Shown piece after piece: positions 37,143 to 46,940 of a DNA stretch of 64,000 nt; position 1 is the first letter of the stretch; each line of letters begins with the position of its first letter. Location of the stretch: the NCBI GenBank assembly GCA_965223155.1, contig CBDCVR010000015.1, forward strand, positions 1 through 64,000, read 5' to 3'. Position numbers and translations under genes: made by a program. The notes under the pieces are model-generated. The model worked only from the letters and a program-made list of their open reading frames with translations, had not been told where the DNA came from and did no database searches. Origin of the DNA: Candidatus Multivoradales bacterium (GTDB lineage Bacteria; Acidobacteriota; Thermoanaerobaculia; Multivoradales; JAHEKO01).

Positions 37143-38717
37143 GTGAGCGCTGACAACGTGGGTCGCGAACGCTGGGGTACCCGGATCGGCCTGGTGCTGG
37201 CGATGGCCGGAAACGCCGTCGGCCTCGGCAACTTCCTGCGCTTCCCGGTGCAGGCCGCCCAGAACGGCGGCGGCACCTTCATGATCCCGTACTTCATCTC
37301 GTTCCTCCTGCTCGGCATTCCCATGATGTGGATCGAGTGGGGGGTCGGCCGCTTCGGCGGCACCCACGGGCACGGCTCGGTGCCGGGCATGTTCGACCGC
37401 CTGACCGACCGCAAGAAGCCATGGGCCAAGTACCTGGGGGTGCTGGGCGTGGCTCTGCCCTTCGTCGTCTTCGTCTACTACACCTTCATCGTCTCGTGGA
37501 TGCTGGGCATGAGCGTCTTCAGCCTCACCGGCGACTATTTCGGGCTAGGCGACGTGGACCGGATGCGGGCCTACCTGGCGTCCTTCCAGAACCTGGGAGA
37601 CTCGAGCTATATCGGTCCCGCGGTGACGCTGGGCTTTTTCGCGGTGACGTTCGTTTTCATCGGCCTGGTGCTGTCGCGCGGGCTCTCCGGAGGCATCGAG
37701 CGCCTGGCGCTCATCGGCATGCCGATCCTCTTCGGCTTCGCCTTCATTCTGATGGCGCGGGTTTTGACACTGCCGCCGGTCGTGGCCTCGCCCGCCGACG
37801 GGCTCAACTTCATCTGGAGTCCCGACTGGAGCAGCCTCGGCAACGCCAAGGTCTGGCTGGCCGCCGCCGGCCAGATGTTTTTCACCCTGTCGATCGGCAT
37901 GGGCAGCATCCAGACCTACGCCTCGTACGTGCGCAAGGACGAGGACGTCACGCTGACCGGCCTCTCGACCGCGGCCACCAATGAGTTCGCCGAGGTCGTG
38001 CTCGGAGGCACGATCGCAATTCCGGCGGCGGTGGTCTTTTTCGGCGTCGCCGGCGCCACCGCCATCGCCACCGGCGGCCCCTTCGATCTGGGCATCGTGG
38101 CCATGAGCGTGGTCTTCCAGGGCTTGCCCGGCCCCGAGATCCTGGGACGGCTGCTGGCCTTCCTGTGGTTCTTCCTCCTGTTCGTGGCCGGCATCACGTC
38201 GAGCGTGGCGATGGCCAGCCCGACGATCGCGTTCTTGCAGGACGAGCTGGGGCTCACCCGCAAGCGCGCCGCCAGGGCGGTGACCGCGGTCGCGCTCGTC
38301 CTGGGCCTTTTCCACGTCCTCTTCTACAGCCGTGGCGTTCTGGGTGAATGGGACTACTGGGCCGGCACCTTCGGCCTGGTCGTCTTCGCCGCCGTCGAGG
38401 TCGTGCTCTTTGTCTTCGTCTTCGGCATCGATCGAGGCTGGAACGAGTTGCACCGGGGCGCCGACCTGCGCATTCCGGCGCTCTACAAGCCGATCATGCG
38501 CTACGTGACGCCGCTCTTCCTGTACACGCTCCTGGGCTGGTGGGCGGTCACCGAAGCACTGCCGACGCTCATGATGCGTGGCGTCGACGACCCGAGCCAG
38601 GTGCCCTATCTCTGGCTCAGCCGCATCCTGATGCTGGCCTTGTTCGCCACCGGTCTCGTGCTCATCCGCAAAGCCTGGGCCGACCGCCCGGAACCGCTAT
38701 CGAGCGAGGATTCGTAG
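37143..38717 (+). CDS. NSS/SNF-family sodium-dependent transporter
   Basis: RERW, AGNAVGLGNFLRFP, NGGGTFMIPY, GQMFFTLS, AGITSS. Confidence 0.93.
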   Translation: MSADNVGRERWGTRIGLVLAMAGNAVGLGNFLRFPVQAAQNGGGTFMIPYFISFLLLGIPMMWIEWGVGRFGGTHGHGSVPGMFDRLTDRKKPWAKYLGVLGVALPFVVFVYYTFIVSWMLGMSVFSLTGDYFGLGDVDRMRAYLASFQNLGDSSYIGPAVTLGFFAVTFVFIGLVLSRGLSGGIERLALIGMPILFGFAFILMARVLTLPPVVASPADGLNFIWSPDWSSLGNAKVWLAAAGQMFFTLSIGMGSIQTYASYVRKDEDVTLTGLSTAATNEFAEVVLGGTIAIPAAVVFFGVAGATAIATGGPFDLGIVAMSVVFQGLPGPEILGRLLAFLWFFLLFVAGITSSVAMASPTIAFLQDELGLTRKRAARAVTAVALVLGLFHVLFYSRGVLGEWDYWAGTFGLVVFAAVEVVLFVFVFGIDRGWNELHRGADLRIPALYKPIMRYVTPLFLYTLLGWWAVTEALPTLMMRGVDDPSQVPYLWLSRILMLALFATGLVLIRKAWADRPEPLSSEDS

Positions 38718-38810
38718 ATGGAACCTTTTGCCCTGGTCTTCATGCTGGTGTCGATGGCCGCGGTCACGACCCTGGCCGGCTACTGCCTGCGGCGTATTCT
38801 CAAGGGCTGA
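38718..38810 (+). CDS. 30-aa single-TM protein, MetS-like NSS small subunit
   Basis: MEPFALVFMLVSMAAVTTLAGYCLRRILKG; GAGGA RBS; ATG directly after the transporter stop. Confidence 0.7.
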   Translation: MEPFALVFMLVSMAAVTTLAGYCLRRILKG

Positions 38811-38859
38811 GGCTCAGCCCAGGCCCTGGCTCAGACTCAGGCCCTGGCTCACGCTCAGC

Positions 38860-39512
38860 TCAGAACAGCCTGCCCTGCGCGGCTGGATCGAGACAGGCCG
38901 GATCTCCCGCATCGAGGGCGTAGAGCTTCTCCGTCACCCGGTACCCGGTCAGTCCGGGGTCCGGAGATGCCTCCAACAGCCGCGTCAACCGATCCTCGTC
39001 CTCGAGGGCGGGGTCCAGCCAGGCGTCAAACTGGGCGGGGGCCAGAATCGCCGGCATCCTCGCGTGCACGGCGCCCACCACGGCATTGGGCCGGGTGGTG
39101 AGAATCGCGAAGCCGGGCGTCGCACCGCCGGACCAGATCCCGGCCAGGGCCAGAAGCTGGCGATCGGCCGGCTCGAAGTAGTACTGCTCGCGCCCGGCCC
39201 GGCGCCGGCCTCGGGGCTCGAAGAAACCTGACACCGGGATCAGACAGCGCCGGGCTCGCGCGGCCTCGGCAAAGGCCCGCTTCGCGAACGCGCTCTCGGC
39301 GCGGGCGTTGATCTGCGAGCGCCCGCCAGCCCCGCCGCCAAAGCCCCAGCGCAAGAGCTCGCCCAAGCGGCCCTCCGGCCGCTGCCGGATCACCAGCCCC
39401 TCGGTGCCCGGCGACACCTTGTAGCGGGGCTCGAAATCGGCCACCTCGTCGGCGCCGACGAAATCGCGCACCTCCCGCCGGCCCTTGGTCACAGGGAATA
39501 GAGACCGCACAT
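38860..39512 (-). CDS. SOS response-associated peptidase (SRAP/YedK), frameshift after codon 7
   Basis: MCGLYSL start, then in another frame PRYKVSPG, LRWG, INARAES, RRCLIPVSGFFE, LAGIW, ILTT, HARMP. Confidence 0.8.
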
Positions 39513-39544
39513 GCGAGGGAATCGTACCGGCGCCCGCGGTGGCG

Positions 39545-40924
39545 TCAAGCCGCCGGCGCGCTGGCTTCGCGCCGCGCCACGAACAGCAGCCACGCGATCC
39601 CGGCCAGGACTTCGACACCGGCGAAGACCAGAAAGCCCGTGCGCAGGTCCAGCCAGCCCATCTCGAGCAGAACGCTGGCGGCCAGGATCGACACCGAGTC
39701 GGTGAGCGTGATGAGCAGCCACTCGGTAGCGAAGACCCGTCCCCGATAGCGATCCTCGGTGCGCTCCTGAAGGAGCACGGTCGAGGTCACCCAGTTGGCT
39801 CCGCTGGTCGCGTGGGCGCCGAGTATCAAGACGAGAAGCAGCCAGGTCCATGGCAAGAGGCCGACCCCCAGATAGAGGATGCCCGTGGCGGCGATACCCA
39901 GACCCATCATGCGCGGCCACAGCCGGCGCTCGGGCACGTAGGCACGAGCCGCGATCGGACCGAGGCCGGTACCGATGCCGCGGACGGCAAAGAGCCAGCC
40001 AATCCCGATCGCCGGCGCCGCCGGCGCCAGGATCGGTCCCAGGAGCGCCAGCATATAGACCAGAGCACCGCCGCCGGTCGACCAGGTGGCCTTGGCGAAG
40101 GCGATCCGCGCGACCGCCGGGTGGCGGCGCAGGTACCCAAGGCCAGCGCGTACGTCAGCCACCGCCGCCCGCAGCAACGAACCCGGCGCGCCCGGCTCGG
40201 TGCGCTGCGGGATCTGGGTCCCCGCCACCAGAACCGCCGACACCAGGTACGTCCCGCTGTCCAGGAGAAAGACGCCGTACGGTCCGATGGCCTCGGTCAG
40301 GAATCCGCCCAGGGCGGCGCCCACCGCCAGCAGCGTCGACCAGGTGGCCGCCGACAGCGCGTTCGCGGTCAGGAGCTCGCGCTTGGAGACGATGTTCGGG
40401 ATGGCCGCGCTGCGGGCAGGGATGAAGAAGGCTCCGGCCGCCATCTGAAGGGCCGAAAGCACGTAGAGAAACGGCATGTGCTCGGGCCGGCGCACCAGCA
40501 GGAAACCCAGAAGCACGACCGCGCGGGCCAGATCCGCCCAGATCATGAGCCGCTTCCGGGAGACCCGGTCGGCCACCAACCCGGCCACCGGCGAGGCCAG
40601 GGCGAAGGGCAGCATCTTGGCCACGAAGATCAGGCCCAGCGCGAACGGCGAGCCGGTCAGGTTCTCGATCAGCCGGTAGACCGCGATGGTCGAGAACCAG
40701 TCCCCGAGATCGGAGGCGATGGCTCCGAACCAGAGCCGCCGGAAGTCGCGGTTGGTGCGAACGAGCTCGAGGTAGCCGACCTCGCCCTGGCCGGCCGCGA
40801 CTTCCCGGCCTTCTTCGGGCAGGCGTGGCCCGCAAGCGTCGGCACGGTTCGCATCGACAAGGCCCGCGTCGGCCGATTCCCGCGCGCCCTCTCCGGGCAC
40901 GCCTCCGGTCTCAGCTTCGGACAA
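39545..40924 (-). CDS. MFS transporter
   Basis: NRDFRRLW, GDWF, AGLVADRVSRK, multiple TM helices, YRGRVF. Confidence 0.88.
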   Translation of the reverse strand: MSEAETGGVPGEGARESADAGLVDANRADACGPRLPEEGREVAAGQGEVGYLELVRTNRDFRRLWFGAIASDLGDWFSTIAVYRLIENLTGSPFALGLIFVAKMLPFALASPVAGLVADRVSRKRLMIWADLARAVVLLGFLLVRRPEHMPFLYVLSALQMAAGAFFIPARSAAIPNIVSKRELLTANALSAATWSTLLAVGAALGGFLTEAIGPYGVFLLDSGTYLVSAVLVAGTQIPQRTEPGAPGSLLRAAVADVRAGLGYLRRHPAVARIAFAKATWSTGGGALVYMLALLGPILAPAAPAIGIGWLFAVRGIGTGLGPIAARAYVPERRLWPRMMGLGIAATGILYLGVGLLPWTWLLLVLILGAHATSGANWVTSTVLLQERTEDRYRGRVFATEWLLITLTDSVSILAASVLLEMGWLDLRTGFLVFAGVEVLAGIAWLLFVARREASAPAA

Positions 40925-41576
40925 GGTCGGCCAGGAAGTCTTGCGCGGCCCGGCGAAACTCCGCCGTCCATTCGTGTCCGCCGGAGAAGCGGCAAGTCTC
41001 GACCTTCGTGCCCTCGGCGCGCAAGGCCGCGGCGTCGATCTCGAGCTGCTCGCGGTCGAACCAGGTGTCCTCGCTGCCCAATCCGATCAAGACGCGGGGA
41101 ATCGGCCGAGCCCCAGGGGCAGCGAAGAGGTCCGGAGGCAGATCGCCGGCGAGCGCGACGACCGCGTCGCAGGGCTCCCCGCCGAGGGCGGCTGCCCGGT
41201 AGGCCATCGAAGTGCCCTGGGAAAAGCCCAGGAAAACCGTCGGCCCCGAGACCTCGACGGTCTCGCGAAGCCGAGCCAGCGCCGCGCCCACGTAGGCCAC
41301 GTTGTCGGCGATCGCTCGTTCCCGGTCGAGCTTGGTCATCCAACTCGCGATGACGTCGCCGGTGCGGCGGTTGTAGAAGGGATGAAGGGCTTGGATCGAA
41401 GCCAGGTGCCAGGCTTCGATGCCCGGGACCTCGGCCGCGGCTTCGAGCAGGATCTCGGCGTTCTCGCCGTAGCCATGAAAGAGGACCAGCAGCGGCGCCC
41501 TCTTGGCGGCAGAGGCCCGGACCAACGCCCGACCGTGCACGGTAGCGGGTACCGACAGAACCCGGTCCTGGCTCAT
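40911..41576 (-). CDS. Alpha/beta hydrolase (phospholipase/carboxylesterase)
   Basis: FHGYG, GFSQG, GSED, GGHEW. Confidence 0.85.
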   Translation of the reverse strand: MSQDRVLSVPATVHGRALVRASAAKRAPLLVLFHGYGENAEILLEAAAEVPGIEAWHLASIQALHPFYNRRTGDVIASWMTKLDRERAIADNVAYVGAALARLRETVEVSGPTVFLGFSQGTSMAYRAAALGGEPCDAVVALAGDLPPDLFAAPGARPIPRVLIGLGSEDTWFDREQLEIDAAALRAEGTKVETCRFSGGHEWTAEFRRAAQDFLADLVRS

Positions 41577-42376
41577 CGCGCCATCGCCTCCCGCAGGCTC
41601 GCCGCCGAGCGCTCGACGGCCGCGGCCAGCTCGGCCGGGTCTTCGAAGCTCTCGATCAGCTCGACCAGCGCGCTGCCCACGACGACGCCGTCGGCGACCC
41701 GGCCCACGGTCCGGGCCTGCTCGGGAGTCGCGATCCCGAAGCCCACCGCCACCGGCAGCCCGGCTTTTCGCCGCAGGCGCTTGATCCGGCCCAAGACCTT
41801 CTTGGCGAAGGCCGTCTCGGCCCCCGTGACCCCGGTTCTGGGGAGAAAGTAGACGAAGCCCGTGGCTGCCGCCAGCACTTCCTGGACTCGTTTTCGGTCG
41901 CTGGTCGGAGCGACCAGAAAGACCGTCTCCAAGCCCCGGCTCCGAAGCGCCTCGAGATAGCCCGTGGCCGCCGCCTCGGCCGGCGGCAGATCCAGACACA
42001 GGACGCCATCCACGCCCGAGGCCGCGGCGCGCTCGGCCGTCCGCTCCAGCCCCTGGACCTGGAGCGGGTTGAAGTACGAAAAAAGGACGATGGGAATTTC
42101 ACTCTCGGCCCGCACCTCGGCCACCAGGCTCAGCACCGCCGAGAGGCCGGCACCGGCGGCCAGAGCCCGGGCGGCCGAGCGCTGATTGACCGGTCCGTCA
42201 GCGATCGGGTCGCTGAACGGAACGCCCAGCTCGATGATGTCGGCGCCGGCCCGGATCAGGGCGAGGACGAGCTCCAGGGAGACCTCCGGTGAGGGGTCGC
42301 CGGCGGTCAGATAGGGAATGAAGGCCGCCCGCTTCTCGGCACGGCAGCGTTCGAAGACCTCTGCAATGCGGCTCAC
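41573..42376 (-). CDS. trpA: Tryptophan synthase alpha subunit
   Basis: [37 protein letters not shown]. Confidence 0.96.
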   Translation of the reverse strand: MSRIAEVFERCRAEKRAAFIPYLTAGDPSPEVSLELVLALIRAGADIIELGVPFSDPIADGPVNQRSAARALAAGAGLSAVLSLVAEVRAESEIPIVLFSYFNPLQVQGLERTAERAAASGVDGVLCLDLPPAEAAATGYLEALRSRGLETVFLVAPTSDRKRVQEVLAAATGFVYFLPRTGVTGAETAFAKKVLGRIKRLRRKAGLPVAVGFGIATPEQARTVGRVADGVVVGSALVELIESFEDPAELAAAVERSAASLREAMAR

Positions 42377-43605
42377 GAGCTTCCCGCCTCCGGCAACTCC
42401 AGCACCGACTCCACGTCTTTGTCCCCCCGGCCCGAGAGGTTGACCAGGACGATCTTGCCGCTGTCCAGCCGGGGCGCGCGCCTGGCCACCTCGGCGAGAG
42501 CGTGGGCCGATTCGAGCGCGGGCAGGATGCCCTCGGTCGCGGCCAGGAGCCGGAACGCCGCCACCGCCTCGTCGTCGCTCGCCGTCGTGTACTCGGTCCG
42601 ACCCAGCTCCTTCAAGGCGACATGCTCGGGTCCCACGGCCGGGTAGTCGAGTCCGGCCGAGACTGAGTGGGTCGCCGCGATCTGACCGTCGGCGTCCTGC
42701 AACACCCGCGTCTTGGTCCCGTGGAGCACGCCGATGCCGCCGCCGGCAAACCGGGCCGCGTGCTGCCCCAAGAGGGCGCCGGTCCCGCCGGCCTCGACCC
42801 CCAGCAGTCGCACCCGCTCATCGCCCAGGAAGGCTCCGAAGAGTCCGATGGCGTTCGAGCCCCCGCCCACGCAGGCCACGGCCAGGTCGGGCCAGTCCCG
42901 GCCCGCCTGCTTCTTGAGCTGCCGCTTCGCCTCGACTCCGATGACGCTGTGAAAATCCCGGACCATGGCCGGGTACGGATGTGGCCCGAGCACCGAGCCC
43001 AGCACGTAGTGGGTGGTCTCGACGTTCGTGACCCAATCGCGCAGCGCCTCGTTGATGGCGTCCTTAAGCGTGCGGCTGCCTCCCTCGACCGGGGTCACGG
43101 AGGCTCCGAGCAGGCGCATCCGCTCGACGTTCAACCGCTGGCGCGCCATGTCTTCGGTGCCCATGTAGACGACGCACTCCAGGCCCAAGAGAGCGGCAAC
43201 GGTCGCCGTGGCAACGCCGTGCTGGCCGGCTCCGGTCTCTGCGATAAGGCGGCCCTTCCCCATCTCCACGGCCAGAAGCGCCTGGCCGAGGGCGTTGTTG
43301 ATCTTGTGCGCGCCGGTGTGGAGGAGGTCTTCGCGCTTGAGATAGATCCGCGCTCCTCCCAGCTTCGCGCTCAGCCGTTCGGCGAGATAGAGCGGCGTCG
43401 GCCGGCCCGCGTAGTGCGTCAGGAGCTCGCGCAGGCGCTTCTTGAAGCGCCGCCGCCGCGCCAGCGTGGCGTAGGCTCGCTCGAGCTCCTGCAGCGGAGC
43501 CATCAAGGTCTCGGGCACGAAACGGCCGCCGTAGGCGCCGAAGTACCCGGCCGCGTCCGGAAAGCCCGCAGACCGTCCTCCCCCGCCGCTCCTACGCCGA
43601 GACAC
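42373..43605 (-). CDS. trpB: Tryptophan synthase beta subunit
   Basis: [47 protein letters not shown]. Confidence 0.97.
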   Translation of the reverse strand: MSRRRSGGGGRSAGFPDAAGYFGAYGGRFVPETLMAPLQELERAYATLARRRRFKKRLRELLTHYAGRPTPLYLAERLSAKLGGARIYLKREDLLHTGAHKINNALGQALLAVEMGKGRLIAETGAGQHGVATATVAALLGLECVVYMGTEDMARQRLNVERMRLLGASVTPVEGGSRTLKDAINEALRDWVTNVETTHYVLGSVLGPHPYPAMVRDFHSVIGVEAKRQLKKQAGRDWPDLAVACVGGGSNAIGLFGAFLGDERVRLLGVEAGGTGALLGQHAARFAGGGIGVLHGTKTRVLQDADGQIAATHSVSAGLDYPAVGPEHVALKELGRTEYTTASDDEAVAAFRLLAATEGILPALESAHALAEVARRAPRLDSGKIVLVNLSGRGDKDVESVLELPEAGSS

Positions 43606-44251
43606 GGGCTACCTCCTGGAAGAACCGGTGCATCAGCTCGGCGTCTTTCCTGCCCGGAGCGCTCTCGACCCCGGACGCGACGTCCACACCCCAGGGCCGA
43701 GCCGCCATGATGGCCTCGGCCACGTTGTCGGGGCCGAGGCCTCCGGCGAGGAGAAAGGGCCTGGCGCCAAATGACCCAGGCGATGCCCGGGAAAGCCGCC
43801 GGGAGAACTGGCGCGCCAAAGAGTAGTCCCACGAGCGGCCGGTGCCGCCGTAGGCACTCTGCCGCCGGGCTTCGACCAGAAAGCCCCAGGCATCCGGATA
43901 CCCGTCCAGCTCCTCGTCGCTCGGACACCGATCGACGCGCAGCACCTTGAGCGCGCGGTCGCCATGGCGCGCCGCCTCGTCCGGTCCCTCGTCGCCATGA
44001 AGCTGCACGAGATCCGGCTCCACGGTCTCCAACACACGATCGATCTCCGAAGCCGATTGGTTGACGAAAACGGCCACCAGACTGGTCCGCCCGCGCACGG
44101 CATCGGCGATCTCGCGCGCCCTCGCCACGTCGATCCGCCTGGGACTGACGGCGGCAAAGTTGAGGCCGAGGAAGTCGGCTCCCAGATCGACCGCCGCCGA
44201 CGCGTCCTCGACCGTGGTGAGACCGCAAATCTTGACTCGAACGGAAGGCAT
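43592..44251 (-). CDS. trpF: Phosphoribosylanthranilate isomerase
   Basis: [30 protein letters not shown]. Confidence 0.95.
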   Translation of the reverse strand: MPSVRVKICGLTTVEDASAAVDLGADFLGLNFAAVSPRRIDVARAREIADAVRGRTSLVAVFVNQSASEIDRVLETVEPDLVQLHGDEGPDEAARHGDRALKVLRVDRCPSDEELDGYPDAWGFLVEARRQSAYGGTGRSWDYSLARQFSRRLSRASPGSFGARPFLLAGGLGPDNVAEAIMAARPWGVDVASGVESAPGRKDAELMHRFFQEVARVSA

Positions 44252-44417
44252 GGCATGACTCTCCAGAGCGGCCGAGTCTACGCCTTTGGGACCTGGCAAG
44301 ACATCCCGCCGGACGGGCACAACGGCGGTAGGTGGGCACGCCGAGCGCGCGCGTCTCGGTCCATGCGCCGGGTGTCAGGGAACCTCGCGGACCTTGCCGC
44401 GTGGACCTCACAAGGTC

Positions 44418-45335
44418 TCATCGGGGCTCACTAGGATCTCGGTCGGCTCCGGAACCCATGCCCGAGCCGGAATCCGGCACCGCCAGTTCGGCCGGCGCCG
44501 CCAGCTCGGTCGGCGCCGCCAGCTCGGCCAACAGCCGGCCGGGATCAGAAGCCATGAGCAAGGACTCGCCGACCAGGAAGGCGTCGAAGCCCGCCTGCGC
44601 CAGCCGATCAACGTCCGCCGCCGTGGCGATCCCGCTCTCGGCCACCTTGAGCGCTGTGGGCGGCAGCCCGCCGATCGCCTCGATCGAGCGATCGAGCGAG
44701 ACCTCGAAGGTCCGCAGGTTCCGGTTGTTGACCCCGACCAGCTCCCAAGAGCCGCCGCCGAGCCTGTCCAAGTCGTCCGGGTCATGAGTTTCGACGAGCG
44801 GCGCCAGCCCACGGCGCCGGGCGTAGCCGGCCCAGGCGGCGAGCTGGCTCCGCGAGTAGAGGCACGCAATCAGGAGCACCGCGTCGGCTCCAGCGGCCGC
44901 CGCGCGGTCGATCTGTTCGGTGCAGACGACGAAGTCCTTGGCGAGGGTGGGCAGGCCCGCGGCCCGCTTCGAGCGGCGCAGCAGCTCGTAGCTGCCGCCA
45001 AAGGCGTCGGGCTCGACCACCACCGAAATCGCCGCCGCCCCGTAGCGCCGGTACGTCGCCGCCTGGGCTTCTGGATCCACCCGCCCGGCGAGGCTACCGA
45101 TTCGGGGTGAGCCCAGCTTGATCTCGGCCACGATCGCCCGGCCCGCCCGCGCCCGAAGGGCGGCCAGGAAGGGATTTGCCCGGGAACTCGGTTCGTTCTC
45201 GAGCTCAAGATCCGGGGGCTCGAAGTCCTCGACGCCCTCGGCCGCCAGACGTCGTTGGCGCCGCTCGACGATCCGGGCGAGGACGTCGGGGATGTTCGCG
45301 CCTTCCTCCGCGCCGGCTCGGCTACGATCCCGCAT
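44418..45335 (-). CDS. trpC: Indole-3-glycerol phosphate synthase
   Basis: IVAEIK.GSP, KDF, GADAVLLI, VETH, GVNNRNL, AESGI, LVGESL. Confidence 0.93.
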   Translation of the reverse strand: MRDRSRAGAEEGANIPDVLARIVERRQRRLAAEGVEDFEPPDLELENEPSSRANPFLAALRARAGRAIVAEIKLGSPRIGSLAGRVDPEAQAATYRRYGAAAISVVVEPDAFGGSYELLRRSKRAAGLPTLAKDFVVCTEQIDRAAAAGADAVLLIACLYSRSQLAAWAGYARRRGLAPLVETHDPDDLDRLGGGSWELVGVNNRNLRTFEVSLDRSIEAIGGLPPTALKVAESGIATAADVDRLAQAGFDAFLVGESLLMASDPGRLLAELAAPTELAAPAELAVPDSGSGMGSGADRDPSEPR

Positions 45336-45339
45336 GCCG

Positions 45340-46356
45340 TCAGCGGCCCGCCCGCAGCCGGTCCAGCAGGGTGCGCGCCTCGCCCCCGTCGATCGTCTCG
45401 AAGGCTAGGGCGACTCCGGCGGCGATCGATTCGGCGCGGCCGCCGACGTAGAGGGCCGCGCCCGCGTTGGCCGCAGTCACTTCCCGAAGCGGTCCCGGAG
45501 CCCCGGCCATCACCGCTGCCATTGCCTCGGCGTTATCCCCCGGCTCACCGCCGCGCAAGGCCTCGGGGGCCACGCGCTCCAAGCCGAGATCCTCGGGGGT
45601 CAGCCGCCGCGTGGCAACGCCGCTCGGCCGAACCTCGGCTGCGAAGGTTTCGGCGGCGGTCGTGATCTCGTCCAGTCCGTCCTCGCCGTGCACCACCAGC
45701 GCGTGCTCGGCGCCCAGGGCCAGAAGCGCGTCGGCCACGATCTCGACCAGCTCCCGGGCGTAGACGCCGACCAGCTGGCGCTTGGCGCCGGCCGGATTCA
45801 GGAGCGGTCCCAGCACGTTGAAGAGGGTGCGCACTCCCAGCTCCCGGCGCACCGGCATGACCTCCCGAATCGCCGGATGGTAGCTGGGAGCAAACAGGAA
45901 GCACAGGCCCAAACTCTCGAGCTGGACCGCGGCCGCTTCGGGCTCGACCACCACCGGCACGCCCAGCGCCTCCAGAACGTCGGCGCTGCCGGACTTGCTG
46001 GACACGGACCGGTTGCCGTGCTTGGCCACCGGCACGCCGGCCGCCGCGGCGACCATCGCCGCCGCCGTCGAGATGTTGAAGGTCCCCCGGCCGTCGCCGC
46101 CGGTCCCGCAGGTATCGACGACCCCGGCAACCCGGTGCGGCACCGGGCGGATCCGAGCGCGCAAAGCGCGGGCGGCACCGCCGATCTCCGCCGCGGTCTC
46201 GCCCTTGGTGGCGAGAGCGGCGAGCAGGGCGGCCTGGAGCGCGGCCGGAACCTCGCCATCCAGGAGCCAGTCCATCAAGCGCTCCATCTCCCCGGCCGAG
46301 AGCGCCCGGCCCGAGATCAGAATCGCCAGCGCGTCTTGGGGTGTTTCGATCGTCAT
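45340..46356 (-). CDS. trpD: Anthranilate phosphoribosyltransferase
   Basis: DTCGTGGDG, FNIST, KHGNRSVSSKSGSAD, RTLFN.LGPL.NP, GLDE. Confidence 0.96.
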   Translation of the reverse strand: MTIETPQDALAILISGRALSAGEMERLMDWLLDGEVPAALQAALLAALATKGETAAEIGGAARALRARIRPVPHRVAGVVDTCGTGGDGRGTFNISTAAAMVAAAAGVPVAKHGNRSVSSKSGSADVLEALGVPVVVEPEAAAVQLESLGLCFLFAPSYHPAIREVMPVRRELGVRTLFNVLGPLLNPAGAKRQLVGVYARELVEIVADALLALGAEHALVVHGEDGLDEITTAAETFAAEVRPSGVATRRLTPEDLGLERVAPEALRGGEPGDNAEAMAAVMAGAPGPLREVTAANAGAALYVGGRAESIAAGVALAFETIDGGEARTLLDRLRAGR

Positions 46357-46940
46357 GGGCCGACCTCCCCGACCTGGGTACAGAGCCGCAAGAAGTTCTC
46401 CACCAAGCGGCCGCCGCTGGGCGTCGCGATCGACTCGGGGTGAAACTGGACGCCCCAGTACGGCAGCGAGCGGTGGCGCAGGCCCTGGATGGTCTCTTCC
46501 TCGCTCCAGGCCACGGCCTCCAGCTCGGCGGGCAGCGAGTCGGCCGCTACTTCCAAGCTGTGGTACCGGGTCGCCTCGAACGGGTTGGGAAGATCGGCAA
46601 AGATGCCGACGCCCGCGTGGCGTACTTGCGACGTCTTGCCGTGCATCAAGCGGCGGGCCCGCTGCACCCGGCCACCGAAAGCCATGCCCAGAGCCTGCTG
46701 GCCGAGACACACGCCCAGGAGAGGAACTAGCGGCCGCCGAGCCAGGAGCTCGAGGCAGACTCCGGCCCCCTCGGGCCGGCCCGGGCCCGGGGACAGGACG
46801 ATGCCGGCCGGCCTCATGTCCAGGAGCTCGGCGGCGGTCTTGGCGTCGTTGCGGATGACTTCGGTCTCGACTCCCGCGGCCCGGATCAACTGAACCAGGT
46901 TGTAGGTAAACGAGTCGTAGTTGTCGATCATGAGAATCAT
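46353..46940 (-). CDS. trpG: Anthranilate synthase component II (GATase)
   Basis: IDNYDSFTYN, SPGPG, GVCLG, RYHSL, QFHPES. Confidence 0.93.
   Translation of the reverse strand: MILMIDNYDSFTYNLVQLIRAAGVETEVIRNDAKTAAELLDMRPAGIVLSPGPGRPEGAGVCLELLARRPLVPLLGVCLGQQALGMAFGGRVQRARRLMHGKTSQVRHAGVGIFADLPNPFEATRYHSLEVAADSLPAELEAVAWSEEETIQGLRHRSLPYWGVQFHPESIATPSGGRLVENFLRLCTQVGEVGP

Noticed and set aside
38811-38859. Short ggctcag/caggccct repeats between convergent genes
   Set aside because: Only about 2.5 imperfect units, not noticed elsewhere in the window; no function supportable.
44481-44529. 18-bp tandem repeat at the 3' end of trpC
   Set aside because: Encodes a low-complexity ELAAP tail; probably a slippage duplication.
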